A stretch of 63,596 nucleotides of DNA, counting the filler, from Basidiobolus ranarum (lineage: Eukaryota), in the NCBI GenBank assembly GCA_040143965.1. It is 7 parts of 7 records of this genome, joined end to end, with 100 filler letters (N's around TTAATTAATTAA, not from the genome) between each part and the next. Parts side by side here need not be neighbours in the genome. Positions count along the whole stretch, not along the records: positions 1 to 9,015 come from JASJQH010000885.1; positions 9,116 to 18,129 come from JASJQH010000886.1; 5 more parts are not named here. One strand, written 5' to 3'. The position numbers and the translations under genes were made by a program. Under the pieces are notes generated by a model. It was not told the origin of the DNA, ran no database searches, and saw nothing but the letters and a program-made list of their open reading frames with translations. This document shows, piece after piece, positions 1 to 12,638 of this stretch; position 1 is the first letter of the stretch, and each line of letters starts with the position of its first letter.

Positions 1-191
1 CATGTGTGCAAAGTTTGGTGCTTCTAGCACAAGTTTGAAAAATCTATGTATCTGAGAACTTCTAACTTGGTGTCAATATTCTAAGTAATTTCCTTATGAG
101 AATAATGGATAATATCTTAGTGAATTATAAGATAACTAAGTACTAAGCTATGTATGACTATATAGGTGTTTAGGCAATGTTAATTTCAACA
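1..191 (-). mobile_element. LTR fragment (Copia-type LTR family 2), truncated by contig start
   Basis: Reverse complement begins TGTTGAAATTA and aligns by eye with 11740-11926 and 22506-22812. Confidence 0.7.
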
Positions 192-694
192 AATTGGAGT
201 GTATCCGCCTGTGATGGCATTAGTGGTGGAGGCACATCATCAATTATGTAATATATATGAGTGAGTTCTTGGAATTCAGCACTCGGAAAAAGTGGTGAAT
301 TGCATGCTCTAAATCCCTTCCTTCACTTAGTTTCTCACTTTTAGCCTAGCTAGCCTCATCCTCCGTGGTATATGTATGCAGAGAGATATTACGGATTTAA
401 ATATACTAATGCTCTATTTCAATCTCACGGGCAAAACATTTTGATGTTTTGATCTCAGTAATCACACCAGAAATCGAACCAGTCTATCTCGGATGGTACA
501 CACAATGGTATTGACTGAAGAATGGCAATGAATCCAACTCTTGAAACTCATCAAGGGCTTCATCGCATACTTTGCTTTCATATATACATGATAAAAGATT
601 AGAGCCTGATGATGTAATTCCCTCACACGTACTTGGTGATTCTTATACAATTGTGGTAAGTTAGAAATCCAGTTTATTATAGTTAAGAACATAA

Positions 695-2291
695 TCAGCA
701 AGCTCCCAAATCAGTCCAAACATTTTGGCTGTTGTTGCCAGGAGTGTCATTTTGAGTCCACCACTTAGCTTGCCAGAGATGTCCATTGTAAGTGGTCTTT
801 TGGGAACCATTATAGGCTACATTCGATGACCAAGTTGCAACACCGGCACAAATACCTGTTCCGGGGGTCGTAGTGGGGGTACTAGTGGCAGTAGTTGATG
901 GCTTGTTGGAGTTTGTTGTGGAAGTATTTCCTGTGGTGGTAGAAACGGGTGGCTTAGCAGTAGTGGTAGAATCTGGTTGGCGAACACCTTGCACAGCATT
1001 CAATAATTCGTCATTGGAATCATTGGTCATATCCCAGAACATGACACCACGAAGTCCTTGCTTCTTAGTGTAGTCTGCTTTTACTTTGAGTGATTGTGGA
1101 TCATCATAAGAGATGTACATCTTGTTGTTAGTACCGAACAACCAAGGCGTTTGCGTGGTGTTATCCCAGTAGCGATTCCAACCGGCAATAGGACTAGTAG
1201 GACCATTTTTGAGAATTTCACTACGAAGATATTTCCAAGCCCAAAGCCCACCATAAACGGATCCCTCGTTACAGAAGGCATTTGGTGTATTCGAATCGGA
1301 GGGATCACCTTTAGGGACAGTGGATTGTTTCGATACGTACTGATTCGAAGGATTGGTATTCATGTCAACAGTTGCAGTTAATGATCTACCGTAGAATGGC
1401 AAGCCCATGACAAGTTTGTTAGCAGGCCACTTAGCATCTAACCAGGCTTTAGAGGACTGGCGGAAGGAGAATGGATCACCACCTTTAGTGTCATAATCAA
1501 ATGGAGCATTTGGCCCAGTAGTAGCAGACCAACCACCATTAATATCGTATGCCATTACATTAATGAAGTCGAAGTAGGGAATAAATTGGGAAACGTCATT
1601 CAGTGGGCCACCGTAGGGACCATCGAATGGTTGAACTCTGACAGCAGCTGTGATAAGCTTATGCTCACTGGGGAATTCTTTGTCAAGAGCGGCCCTAAGT
1701 TCCTTAAGAAGAGTAAGATAATTGGCAGTATCCGAAGCATCTTTAACATTACAGATAGCGCCATCTCTAGCTGGATATTCCCAATCAATGTCGATACCAT
1801 CTAAATCCCAACCATCCGGGGTTTCTCCAGCAGCTTTAGTATTTTTTCTAACAAACACAAGAGCATTGTTGATGAACTTTTGACGGAGAGCGGCATCACG
1901 AGCTACGAGGGAGAAGGTCTGGCTACCTGTCCAGCCTCCAATGGATATTTGCACCTTCACTCCTTTAGCTTTGGCCAAAGTCTTTAGTTGACTGATAGCA
2001 GGGCCATCATAGTCAGGGTCGATGAAGATGTTTGCTGGATCGTTTTTCTTGGTCAACACACCAAAACCTTTGATGAATAATTCTATTAATAATTTATGTC
2101 GGGATCAATAGGTCGAGAAGATACTAACCGTAATTGATATGGGTAACTTTGTCATAGCTGAGCTGGCTGGGCTGTACGTTTCCCCAAGGTACATAGTATC
2201 CAACGATGACCTTATCATCAGCAGCCAACGCAGATGGAGACAAGGTAATAGCAGCCGAGATGACCGAGAGAACTAGGAGAGTGATCTTCAT
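695..2291 (-). CDS. Secreted GH18 chitinase with S/T/P linker and C-terminal CBM5/12 (ChtBD3) module; join(2291..2129, 2067..695)
   Basis: Signal peptide MKITLLVLSVISAAITLSPSALA; 61-bp GT-AG intron 2068-2128; SIGGW and catalytic DGIDIDWEYP motifs; C-terminal WQAKWWTQNDTPG. Confidence 0.95.
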
Positions 2292-4833
2292 GTTGTTATT
2301 GCAATGGTTGTTAGTGGACCTCTGATTTTTGATGGAAACTGGAGAACATATTTATAGTTTTCCATGATACCACCACTTAAATTTAAATAGCATTGCGTCA
2401 CTGATATTCTTACTTTTGGCCAGACCGCCATGCGCATATTCAAGTATAGAAGTATTAAAAAGGAGCAAGTGAGAGAATGGACCTAATCCTGTCCGAGCAT
2501 CACCAAGTAAGAGCATGCGTGCAATAGTAGTCTTTCACTGAATGTGAGTGAATAGGATATGAATTCTCGGCGCGCTTCCAAACCGCATAACGCTTCAAGT
2601 AGTACATCATGAAATCAGCATTTGCATTTATCCTTATTTTCGCTAGCCTCGATCCACCCAAATGTAACGACAAGTTAGAACCAAAAGCAAGTTTACTGAT
2701 TCAACCATGGCAAGCGCAATTCTAGAGTATTAGGTAAATGAATATGAATTATTAGGTGTGCTCCATGTTTAGCAGTAGAGTACTCCACTCATGACACCTT
2801 CCAAAATGGACTCAAAAGCATCGTCTCCAATGGTAAGTAGCTGTGTATTACCCAAGCTGATCAAAATAGACATACTCCTGACTGGAATAACCCGGGTAGT
2901 AGTATCCCTCCAGCAATGCGATAGTGGTGGCACACATTTCTCTCATCACCATCTTGGTAGATCTCAATTCACTTTTGGTTTGATGAAAATAAAATGTCAC
3001 ATTTAGTTTGACGGATACTGGTTTGGTTGAACACAGGTTAATCAACCCAAATCCAGTGAGGAGAATTAGAAATCTGGAAACCTTATCGGAAATTGCCTTC
3101 AAGAAAATCCGCCTTTTCCGCCGGATGTGATTGTACACTGCCAACATCAAGTTGTTTATATCCCTATGTTTTCATCGTTACAGTGTTAATAAAGCAAATA
3201 ACTGGAATCAATGAAATTGGAATTAATCATATAAATCCCTAAATGATTATTGATTTCTTCGGACCAACCGTAAAGCACTGGTATATACCGGTTCTATTGG
3301 AAATAGTTAACTAGAGGAATACTGGGACTCTTTCATTCAATTCCATGCTAAGTCTGGAGAGTTCTTGCTTGATGGGACAAGGCTACGTAGTTTGCGCTTG
3401 ACTGTGGTGAAGGAGTCAATGCCCCTCCCCATCAACCACCTATCCAACTACTCAACTGAGTTTCGAAATTATTCAGCGTTGTGAAAGAATTTGAATAATG
3501 ATTGGGATGAAATTAATGCAAGTATGTATAGTAATACTCATAACAGTATAGCCTCCCTCAGGGCATTATGACAATATTTGTGATTCCCAAATCCTGCCCA
3601 AGCTTAAAACTAATCGGAACTACTGCCCATTGCCTAAAATATGTTAACAGTTGAGTGTAAGTGCTTAAATCCATCGTAGGATACTATATGCTATACGTTG
3701 AAATTACTGATGAAGTTACAACATGCATGGTATTCTGAGCTATAGCTCGAGGATCGCGGGAGGATTCTAAGTCTATCGATAGACTAGTTCCAGAGATATT
3801 CGGCTTGTTGGTGTACTTTTCCTTCTTAGAGGGATATGTGGCACTATTCTATTTCTCTCCACCCTGGGCGTAGCTTCTTCCATAAATACAATCAATTACT
3901 CAAACCGAATTAGATATCAATCAGCTGATACTGATCCCGCTACTGCTCCTTCCCAAGCTAAGCGCAATTTCAAACTATCTGTTGATCGCGTTTGTGCTGT
4001 CCTTCAAGATAAACATACTTTTTCAAAACTTAATATGGACGAGAAGCAAAGATTGGATGCCTTGGTAAAGGAAGCTACCGATTAAACAGCTCTGAAGAAA
4101 CTTCCAAGAAAGAGTACAAATATCGCGGTAAAATGGTAGATGAATTGGCAGACACCATCAAGTACAGGCTGGCATTACCTTTCAGAAATATCAAGTTCTC
4201 TAGCAAAATTAATAGACAATCTGACCAAAAATTAGCAGTTTGAAGAGGAAATTCGAAGATGCTGTTTTAGTATTAGGTGACTGGTCATCTGGGAATATGA
4301 AATTTCATGAACCAATTAAGCTAATATTTTTTCGTCAAATAGGTGCACAAACCAAAATTGTCTGAAGACCACGCCAGCCAGTAGCATTAGACGACTTTGG
4401 AACCGAGACCTTGCTGCAGTGCTTAATTTCCGACATATCTTAGCTTCGCTTAGAGAAAAAGGAACCCGTCCTGACCGATCAGGTAAAAGGAAAACCAAGA
4501 GTCAAACACTCTTCCTCCTCAGTTATCGCTGTAGGATACCCATAGTATAGGTAAGAATACATGTTGATCGTTCATCCCGGTCATGTCCACAAAAAAAACC
4601 AAGACGTCTAGTTTACTGTTGACATTCGTCTGAATGCTTTTCTATGATTGTCTAATTTGAATTTCAGCTTGTCTAAATATTTTTTGCAATCATCTAATTT
4701 TAGGTTTATAATCAATAACCCTATAAGTAATCAAGCATATAATAATTTGTATAAATTAAGTTTTCTTTTTTCTTTTTTTTTTACATTAAATATAACCCAC
4801 ACTTTAGGTTCTGTTTATTTGTTTTTTGCAACT

Positions 4834-6848
4834 ATGTCAAGCAACAGTTCTAAGGTATCGAACCGGTGCCAATTTTTTCATTCTCTATTTATCTTAATGC
4901 CAAAGAAACCCTGACTTTTATTGGTGCTAACCGATTCCTTTCCCTGGATGTTTTATAGTTGGAGACGCTCAAAGAGTGGTTATCTGAAAACGAAATATGG
5001 TATGATCCAGAAGTACTAGAGATCCGCGAAGACGGAGGTCAATATTCAGTGTGGGGAAAATCTGGCGTTCCAGCAGGAGAGAAAGGTATTTCTTTCGAAT
5101 ATTTAAAGAGACTGTCAATAGATGAAGAAAACTCATATTTCTTGAAGCATGCATAATTCCTAAACCTGCGGTACTCTCTACTCAAACCACCGGTATTGCT
5201 AATATTCTCCAGGACGAAGAAATTGGTGGTGGTGTTGCTTTGACTCTCTCGTTGTTATTCGAGTACTCACAGGGGGAAGACAGTCCTTGGCATGGTTATA
5301 TACAATCACTGCCAAAATCGGAAGACCTTCCGATTCTTTGGAGCGATGAGGAAGTTAAATTATTGGAAGGTACTGAGATACACGAGTCCATTGGCAAAGA
5401 AAAGGTGAGTATCTCTTAGTAGTAATGAGCAATGTACATATGAATAACTAATATAATAACCGTACAAACCTGTATATAGATCGACTTGAAGGACGATTAC
5501 GAGAATCTTGTAATGCCCATCCTGGAGAAATATCCCACTTTGTTCCCAAAAGATATCTTTACGTTTGAAAATTTCTTAAATGCCAGTACTGTCGTGGCTT
5601 CTCGTGCTTTCCAAGTTGATGATTACCACGGTGATGCTTTGTTGCCACTGGCTGACTTGTTAGTACATTTTAAAAATCCTTTTTTATCTACAGGAGCTTA
5701 CTATGTTTCTCTAGGTTCAATCATAAAACTGCTGATGAAAATCTTCACATTGAAACCAATGAGAATGTTTGCGAAGCATGCGGCGCGTTCGGTCCATGCG
5801 AACACGACATGTACTCAGACGATGAGGAAGATGAGGAAGAGGAAGCTCCCGAACTAGTCAAGTCATCCCAGGCTAAAGCAGAAAATGGTTCTGGAGATAC
5901 CAAGGGTGAAGAGAGTGAAGAAGATGAGGAGGGATACGAAAGTGATATGGATGATGATATAATCATGTCCATAGTTAAGCCAATTGAAAAGAATAAGCAA
6001 GTGTTCAATACGTATGGTGAACACCCTAATGTTTATTTGCTTAGTAAATATGGATTCGCTGAAGAGCACAATCCATACGATTTTGTTGCAGTAGACCTTG
6101 AAACTGTACAACTGCTTTGCGCCAAGACCGTTGGCAATGATGTTGCATCGGAGAGATTCGACTTTTATGAAGAAGTTGGCCAAGAGCTAGTTATGCAATT
6201 TCTTCCTCAAGAAGATGAGGATGACGAGGAGACACCCGATGATGAAGAAATGGCTGATTATGAAGAAATTTCTGGTGATGAAATGGATGAAGAGGAGGAA
6301 GGAGAGGGAGAAGAGGAAGAGGAAGAAGATGATGAAGATCAAGGAATCTATTATCAAATTCAATCAGATGGTACCTTTGATCGCGAATTGATTTACATGC
6401 TACATGTGGTCTGCATGGAAGCACCCTTATTCAAAAAACTCTCTAAGGATCCATCACAAGCCCACCAGTACATTAGCACCCTGAAGGATATGTTGGATCA
6501 AGAAGAACTCGGTAAGAAATCCAAGAAGAGAAAATCTGGAAAGCCAGCTTTCAGTGGAAATCCTTTGGTGTGGAAGCTATTGAAGGACCTGATTACATAT
6601 AGGGCTAAATGCTACACCCCAGTAACCACGCTCGAAGAAGATACCACCCGTTTGCAGGTAACTATATATTCTAATGCCCTCTCATATTACCATTCAGTCT
6701 GATCTAACTCTATCCCCTTTAGAAAACTGGCAACGTTCGTGAGAAGTATGCACTTATTATTCGTACTAGTGAAAAGACCATTCTTGAAAAGGCATGCGAA
6801 CGCTATTCACGGTTCCTTGAACGAAGCCAAGCCAAGAGTAGAAAGTAA
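4834..6848 (+). CDS. SET-domain protein-lysine N-methyltransferase (SETD6/Rkm3-like), multi-exon, with long acidic inserts
   Basis: Spliced frames give SPWHGYIQSLP, LPILWS, VASRAFQVDDYHGDALLPLADLFNH, and QVFNTYGEHPNVYLLSKYGF; GT-AG introns start near 4855, 5086, 5405, 5659 and 6658. Confidence 0.9.
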
Positions 6849-8904
6849 TATACGAATTTTAAAGTACGAGACCTCCCGCGCTTCTTTGGTTTGATCAAGC
6901 TGCATAGACCTTTGTTGTCCTAGAAATATCTTCAGGTCAATAAATATTTAACACAAATCGAAGACAATACAGGCAGAGCTGTCATTGTAGAACATTCGAA
7001 TTCTTATTTAGCTCTTTCCCTACGTGTCATTACAACTCCTTAGGAAGGAATCATTTTCATAGTGAGTGTGGTCATGTATCGTGTTTTTGTAAAATAATCT
7101 GGTGTAACCAAGCCACTAGAATGATGTGAATTTGAGAAAGCAGCAGTATTTGAAATAGCTGGGCTAAGCCACTTCCACTTCAGCGATTAAGATTCTGAAT
7201 TGCATAGCATGAATTCCAGGCTGGAATTTACCAAGGGATGGATTACAAAAATGAACATTATAAAACAAGTATATCCGGTATCACTAAAGTCGTGATACTA
7301 AAGTAACCCAAAATAATATTCTTTGTTCGCGAAAGAAAGAAATCAAACACAAAGGCCTCATCGTTTTGGACGAGTAAACCAGTTACCAAACAGAAACGAT
7401 TTTTCACCAATTCTGTATATAACACACTGATGGCGAGAAAAGTATAATTACATTTGGGGCACGAATTTGCAACGCCCTCAGGTATATCTTATTGCTCCTC
7501 TTTGATTTTACCTTTGACCAATGTTCTCTCGCGTATTTCGTTCACGTGAAAGAGGGAATTTCATTGACAGAAAGCGCCCATACACGACCAAGGATGGAAT
7601 TGAGGTAGCAAGACGAAAGATGCGCAACAACTTGGATTTCGATCAGGTCGTGACCAAAGGCTTTTTAGTTGATGAAGAGAAGAATCTGTATCAGGCAACG
7701 GTCCGCTTTTCATTAACTCCGGTAATCGCTCAAGGAACAAATATGTATTGATGGCGTTTGACTTTCAGGAAATTTAATGGATATCAATTTCGATTGTGAC
7801 CAATGATAACGAACATCTGCAACTCTAGAAAGCATATGGATGAAGTATTCCCACAAATGTGATCTCGCATAGCATGGCTCTATTCCCTTTCATTGACTGA
7901 ATCACCTTTTACGGGCGACTACATCTATCATATTTAAATATCTTAATAACCCTACTGAGACCTCACGACTTTAATAACATGGTCTTTTATAATTACCGAG
8001 ATCTTACCACTGCCACTACATCTTGAACTCACCTCCCCATGCTTAACAAAGACCCAGAACCTTGAGGCGTCGCTAGATAATTGAACGAAGACCACAACAT
8101 TTCATAATTGCTATGAACCTACCCTTTTAATGAATTCCAAATATATGTATTCGATTTGGTGATTTCTAAAGTTTATGCTGACCAATATGCTAGAGGGCAA
8201 TAGAACTACAACTTACTTTATTCTGCAAAGTCACGAATCACCCTAAACACCATTCCAATAAATGAGCCCATATACGAGCCAGTAGAGCACTTATCAGTCC
8301 CAGCTATTGATCAAGTCTGGCAACTCAATGGTGTACTAGTTGGAGGCTTTCCATCTTTCTTTATAGTGGAATATTGGATTCTTATATTCCAAAACTATCT
8401 ATCCTGGATTGTATTAACCCCAGGTCGCATACATTGATTCAAATAAAGAGGGATTGAGAAATGTCTACCACTGTTCATGGTGTATGATGTATGGGTTATC
8501 TACTGATCTACCATCTTGGGACCATACATGGATATCCGCATTCATTTATTAAGAGAATCCTTTTGGGAAGTGATGAAAGGAATGTAACAAATGAAATTTG
8601 AGAAGGCTGTGAGCGTAGGAAGCATATAATCATTAATCTCACGCCAATCAGGTGAGTAGGTAATAATCAGCAGCTGACAACAGAGTCAAACCACAATTTA
8701 CTGGAATTTGTTATCAACTGATTTTCCATATTTGGAACTTGAGTATCAGGGTGATGCTTCAATCAAATCTGCGGAATGGAATGATTTTAGGGCAATAATA
8801 GATGGAATTGCGGTTAACTTCTCACTAGATCAATTATCGCGATTATATAAAGAGCTGAGCTCTTCTCTACACCTTAATACGATATATTTCTTAACTCAAT
8901 TACT

Positions 8905-9015
8905 ATGTCTCTCGCCAAACAGAACTTTGCCATTGCCTCTGAGGAAGGTATCAATAACCAGATCAACATGGAGTTGACTGCTTCTTATACTTACACCACT
9001 CTCGCCGCTTACAGT
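8905..9015 (+). CDS. Ferritin (eukaryotic H-chain type), 5' fragment truncated by contig end
   Basis: MSLAKQNFAIASEEGINNQINMELTASYTYTTLAAYS matches the ferritin helix-A motif RQNF...E..IN.QIN.EL.ASY.Y; TATATAA at 8844-8850; too short for the ORF track. Confidence 0.88.
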
Positions 9016-9115
9016 NNNNNNNNNNNNNNNNNNNNNNNNNNNNNNNNNNNNNNNNNNNNTTAATTAATTAANNNNNNNNNNNNNNNNNNNNNNNNNNNNN
9101 NNNNNNNNNNNNNNN
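9016..9115. other. Artificial contig linker
   Basis: N44-TTAATTAATTAA-N44 (stops in all six frames). Confidence 0.99.
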
Positions 9116-9116
9116 A

Positions 9117-10109
9117 TGGCGAAATCTACTCACTGGCGCTCAAAGAAATATTACTCAACTTGCCCAAGCCATCTCTCGCTTTGAACCAGTCCAAGTCTTA
9201 GCCTCACCTGACCAGGTCCCACATGCTAAAAAAGCATTAGGAAGCAAGATTGAAGTGATCCCAATTGCAGTCGATGATTTTTGGACTCGAGACACTGCAC
9301 CTTTGTTTCTTACCAAAGGAAAGGAGACAATTGGGGTCGATTACAACTTCAACGGCTGGGGGAAGAAAATCCCTCTCAAGTACCGCAAGAATGATGGGAG
9401 TGTGTCTCGTAACTATCTAATACACTACAAATTTCCTCGGTTCCAATCTAGCCTGGTTGCTGAAGGAGGAGCCATCGAGACTGATGGCCAGGGAACTCTA
9501 CTACTGACGGAGAGTAGTATTGTGAATAACAACCGAAATCCTGGTATGGGTCGGAAGGAGATCGAAGCTGCTCTCAAGTCTGAGCTTGGGATCCAGAAGG
9601 TCATTTGGCTCAAGGGAGTCAAAGGAAAGGATATCACGGACTCACATGTGGATACCTTGGCTCGATTTGTTGCACCAGGCGTCGTGGTGGTCAGTCGTCC
9701 AGGGCCAGCCAGAAAGGATGACCCAGACTCCGCTATCTGGGCCCACCAGTATAGTCAAGCTATTCAAGTCTTGATGCAAGCTACTGATGCAAAGGGCAAC
9801 CGACTGAAGATCATACAGCTACCGGAACCTGATTATGAAAAAATCAGAGGAATGCCTGCCGAAGGAGCCACTGATGAAGTATCCCTGGAGGTGTTCGGAG
9901 ACTCGTTTTTGGCATCCTATGCTAATTTTTACATCGCCAATGGAGCCATCATCGTGCCAGAATTTGGAGATGTAAAAGCGGATCGGATGGCACAGGATAT
10001 TCTTCGAGGAGTGTTCCCTGGACGACAGATTGTTCCCTTGAACATCGATTATATCGCAACAGGTGGTGGAGGTATTCATTGTGCAACTCATGACCAACCT
10101 GAAGTTTAG
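9117..10109 (+). CDS. aguA: Agmatine deiminase / Porphyromonas-type peptidylarginine deiminase family, 5'-truncated, intronless in the visible part
   Basis: ISRFEPV, DDFWTRDTAP, FNGWG, EGGAIETDGQGT, DITDSHVDTLARF, SYANFYIANG and catalytic GGGGIHCATH motifs; frame is open from contig start. Confidence 0.93.
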   Translation, partial: WRNLLTGAQRNITQLAQAISRFEPVQVLASPDQVPHAKKALGSKIEVIPIAVDDFWTRDTAPLFLTKGKETIGVDYNFNGWGKKIPLKYRKNDGSVSRNYLIHYKFPRFQSSLVAEGGAIETDGQGTLLLTESSIVNNNRNPGMGRKEIEAALKSELGIQKVIWLKGVKGKDITDSHVDTLARFVAPGVVVVSRPGPARKDDPDSAIWAHQYSQAIQVLMQATDAKGNRLKIIQLPEPDYEKIRGMPAEGATDEVSLEVFGDSFLASYANFYIANGAIIVPEFGDVKADRMAQDILRGVFPGRQIVPLNIDYIATGGGGIHCATHDQPEV

Positions 10110-11739
10110 ATATTCTTTAATGCCATGCCGACATTTACGATCAGACAATAAGAATAATAAATATCCCTTGTCCCATTACCTTCTAGAGCACATATCCACT
10201 CGCCAACTCGTATTTGGGTTGCTTGATTCTTGCAGTGGCATATTAGCATCGTCGATGATAAAAGTGCCAAGTGAAGAGCCTACATATGATGGTCAAGTTT
10301 GATCAAAGGTATTATTTTAAGCACTTTCTCCATAATAGGCAAGTGTCATTTATTTTCTCGGTACTTTTCAGTTACACTTAACTGGCTGTGCAAACAACTC
10401 CAAATATGTTCATCTACCGACAAAGATTTCAGTTAGTTGAGATAAGAACTAAACTTTTCATTAATGGCGTGGTTGTACAAGATCCAAAATAGCAGCTATT
10501 TTGGTATTTATATTCAGAGCTTGGCAACTCCCCGTAGTATATTATCGACCACTAGTAACCTTCTAACCGAGAGGAATATGGGTTCCAAAAAAGGAGAGAA
10601 AAAAGAGACCCTTGGCTGTGAACGAAATGGAGATAGTCTACTGGTATGCTAACTCTTCGATGCATAACATCTGATCCACTTTTCTTTATTCGCCAGTGAC
10701 CAAATCAATATTATCTCCTTCACAGTGTGGTGAACAGCATCGGTAAGTAGCTTTAAATGGGTTTTCACTAAGGTTTTCACTCACTATAGTATATATATGA
10801 TAGTAATCTAATTTTTCCATTATTTGGTACTCTCAGTATCTACTCTTATATCAATTGGCCACACGCTGTATATCTATTCTTATGTCAATTGGCTACATTC
10901 TGTATATCTTGAAATCGGTTCGTCTTGGTTGATCAACCACGCATCTCGTGAGGGACCAATTTCAGCCAATTTACATACAGCATCAACGAATCTAATAATG
11001 AATGTATTGATTATAAACTTAATTAATAAATATGAACATATCTGAATTAAAACTCAAACCTGTATTATTCAACAGTAATCAGCCTCTACCAACATTTATA
11101 TCATCGTAAATTCGATTCTTGGCAACCAACAAATGAAAGTGTATATGGTATACGGCTCATGCAATGACCTAGATATCTAGTCAACAATGTAGAATGGGAC
11201 ATCTCTCTCAGCATTATGATAGTAAAAGCCTAACGTGGTAAAACTAACGAGCAAGATTTGAATTATTTGCTTCTATTTAATTCTCTGGTACTTCATGTGA
11301 ATACAAACGCACGCTGGTTCTGAGGAGTCAGGCACTTCAAGTTCTTCTGATTATCTGTATGAATATTGTTCTTGCTGCTATACCAGTTTTAGGAGAGCAC
11401 CCGCAAGATAAGTCATGATGTTGACAAAGTTGGATATCCAAAATCTTGTGAATAGCACAGGTGTAGAGTAGATTGTAGCTGTGGCACTTACATTAATCTC
11501 TGCCTCTACCATGGATGTTAATCATATATTATCGTGGAAGGATTGAGTGAAGCGCACTCTGTAAAAGTCAAAGAGTTTAAATAAGATCATTAATACAATT
11601 TGGCATCAGAGTGGTTTTCCAAGAGCTGGATTATTACTGAGACCTGATAATGGTAGAGAACCCATGACAAAAAATGAGTGTCTTATCCTTCCTCACGCTT
11701 GCTCTCCTGCCAGAATACATAATGACTTAATGGTATATG

Positions 11740-11926
11740 TGTTGAAATTAGCATTACCTAAACACCCATATAGTCATACACAGCTTAGTATTTAGTTATT
11801 CTGTATTAAACGCAGATAACACAAACTAGAAGCTCCAAACTTTGCACACATGTTGTTGGGATCTTTCTTAACACCATTCCACATGTTATTCTGTTTATAT
11901 CTTGATAAAACTATGAATGTCAATCA
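11740..11926 (+). mobile_element. Degenerate solo LTR with internal deletion (family 2)
   Basis: Starts TGTTGAAATTAGCATTACC and aligns with 22506-22812 and with the reverse complement of 1-191. Confidence 0.65.
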
Positions 11927-12638
11927 CCCTCTCTTAATTGGTATTAGGGTGACTTTGGGTCCAAATACATAAAACTATCTCACAAAAGTATCCACCTGCA
12001 AAAAATGCAAAGAATATGCATTCCATTTCGGATATGATGAAACAATTTATGAATAATCATCAAGTCATACCATGACGTAGGATGATGGGTGATGGCCTTA
12101 GACACTGACTTGTGAATCGATAGGGAAAAGTGGATATAATTTATCTCTGCACTACGTGCGGAGTAGATGGACATTTCGGTTTGACCGCCAAACTTTAATT
12201 TGTAAACCTCCTCTCCCTTTTGACAGAACAAACTAAGTCAGGGATATATGGAGCCCGTCAAGTCCGGATAAGAACCAGTACTAGTATGATTCATGGATAT
12301 CTGCATTCTATTTAATAGCATTTGAAACAAATAGCTGCTGTACATAAATATAGCTATAAAGCATAAAGAAGCCAACTGCGTTTTGTCTACATTTATTCAT
12401 AGTAACATTCTCTAGACAAGATGGAGCAAACCGTGCAGAAAACTAGTGAACAATGAATTCTTATGAGTACGCCACTACCATGATGCGCCTACTGTGCTTG
12501 GGTGATTCTCAAAGGCTAACATTATTACTTTGTCCGGTACGCTGGATGCTTCAAAGGTACTATAAGTATATAATCATCTTATATCCAGCTTCGGCAGTTA
12601 GACTGTCGTAACCAGCTTGACAAGATAACCCTCGAAAC

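Noticed and set aside
3950-4610. Possible decayed gag-like or zinc-knuckle sequence
   Set aside because: Multiple stops and no clear motif; cannot be supported
7320-7751. Coding-like ORF ending ATVRFSLTPVIAQGTNMY
   Set aside because: No supportable start or exon structure and no recognised family; possibly a pseudogene
8849-8864. Hairpin AAGAGC-TGA-GCTCTT upstream of ferritin as a possible iron-responsive element
   Set aside because: Lacks the CAGUGN loop and bulged C, and abuts the TATA box, so it probably lies upstream of the transcript start
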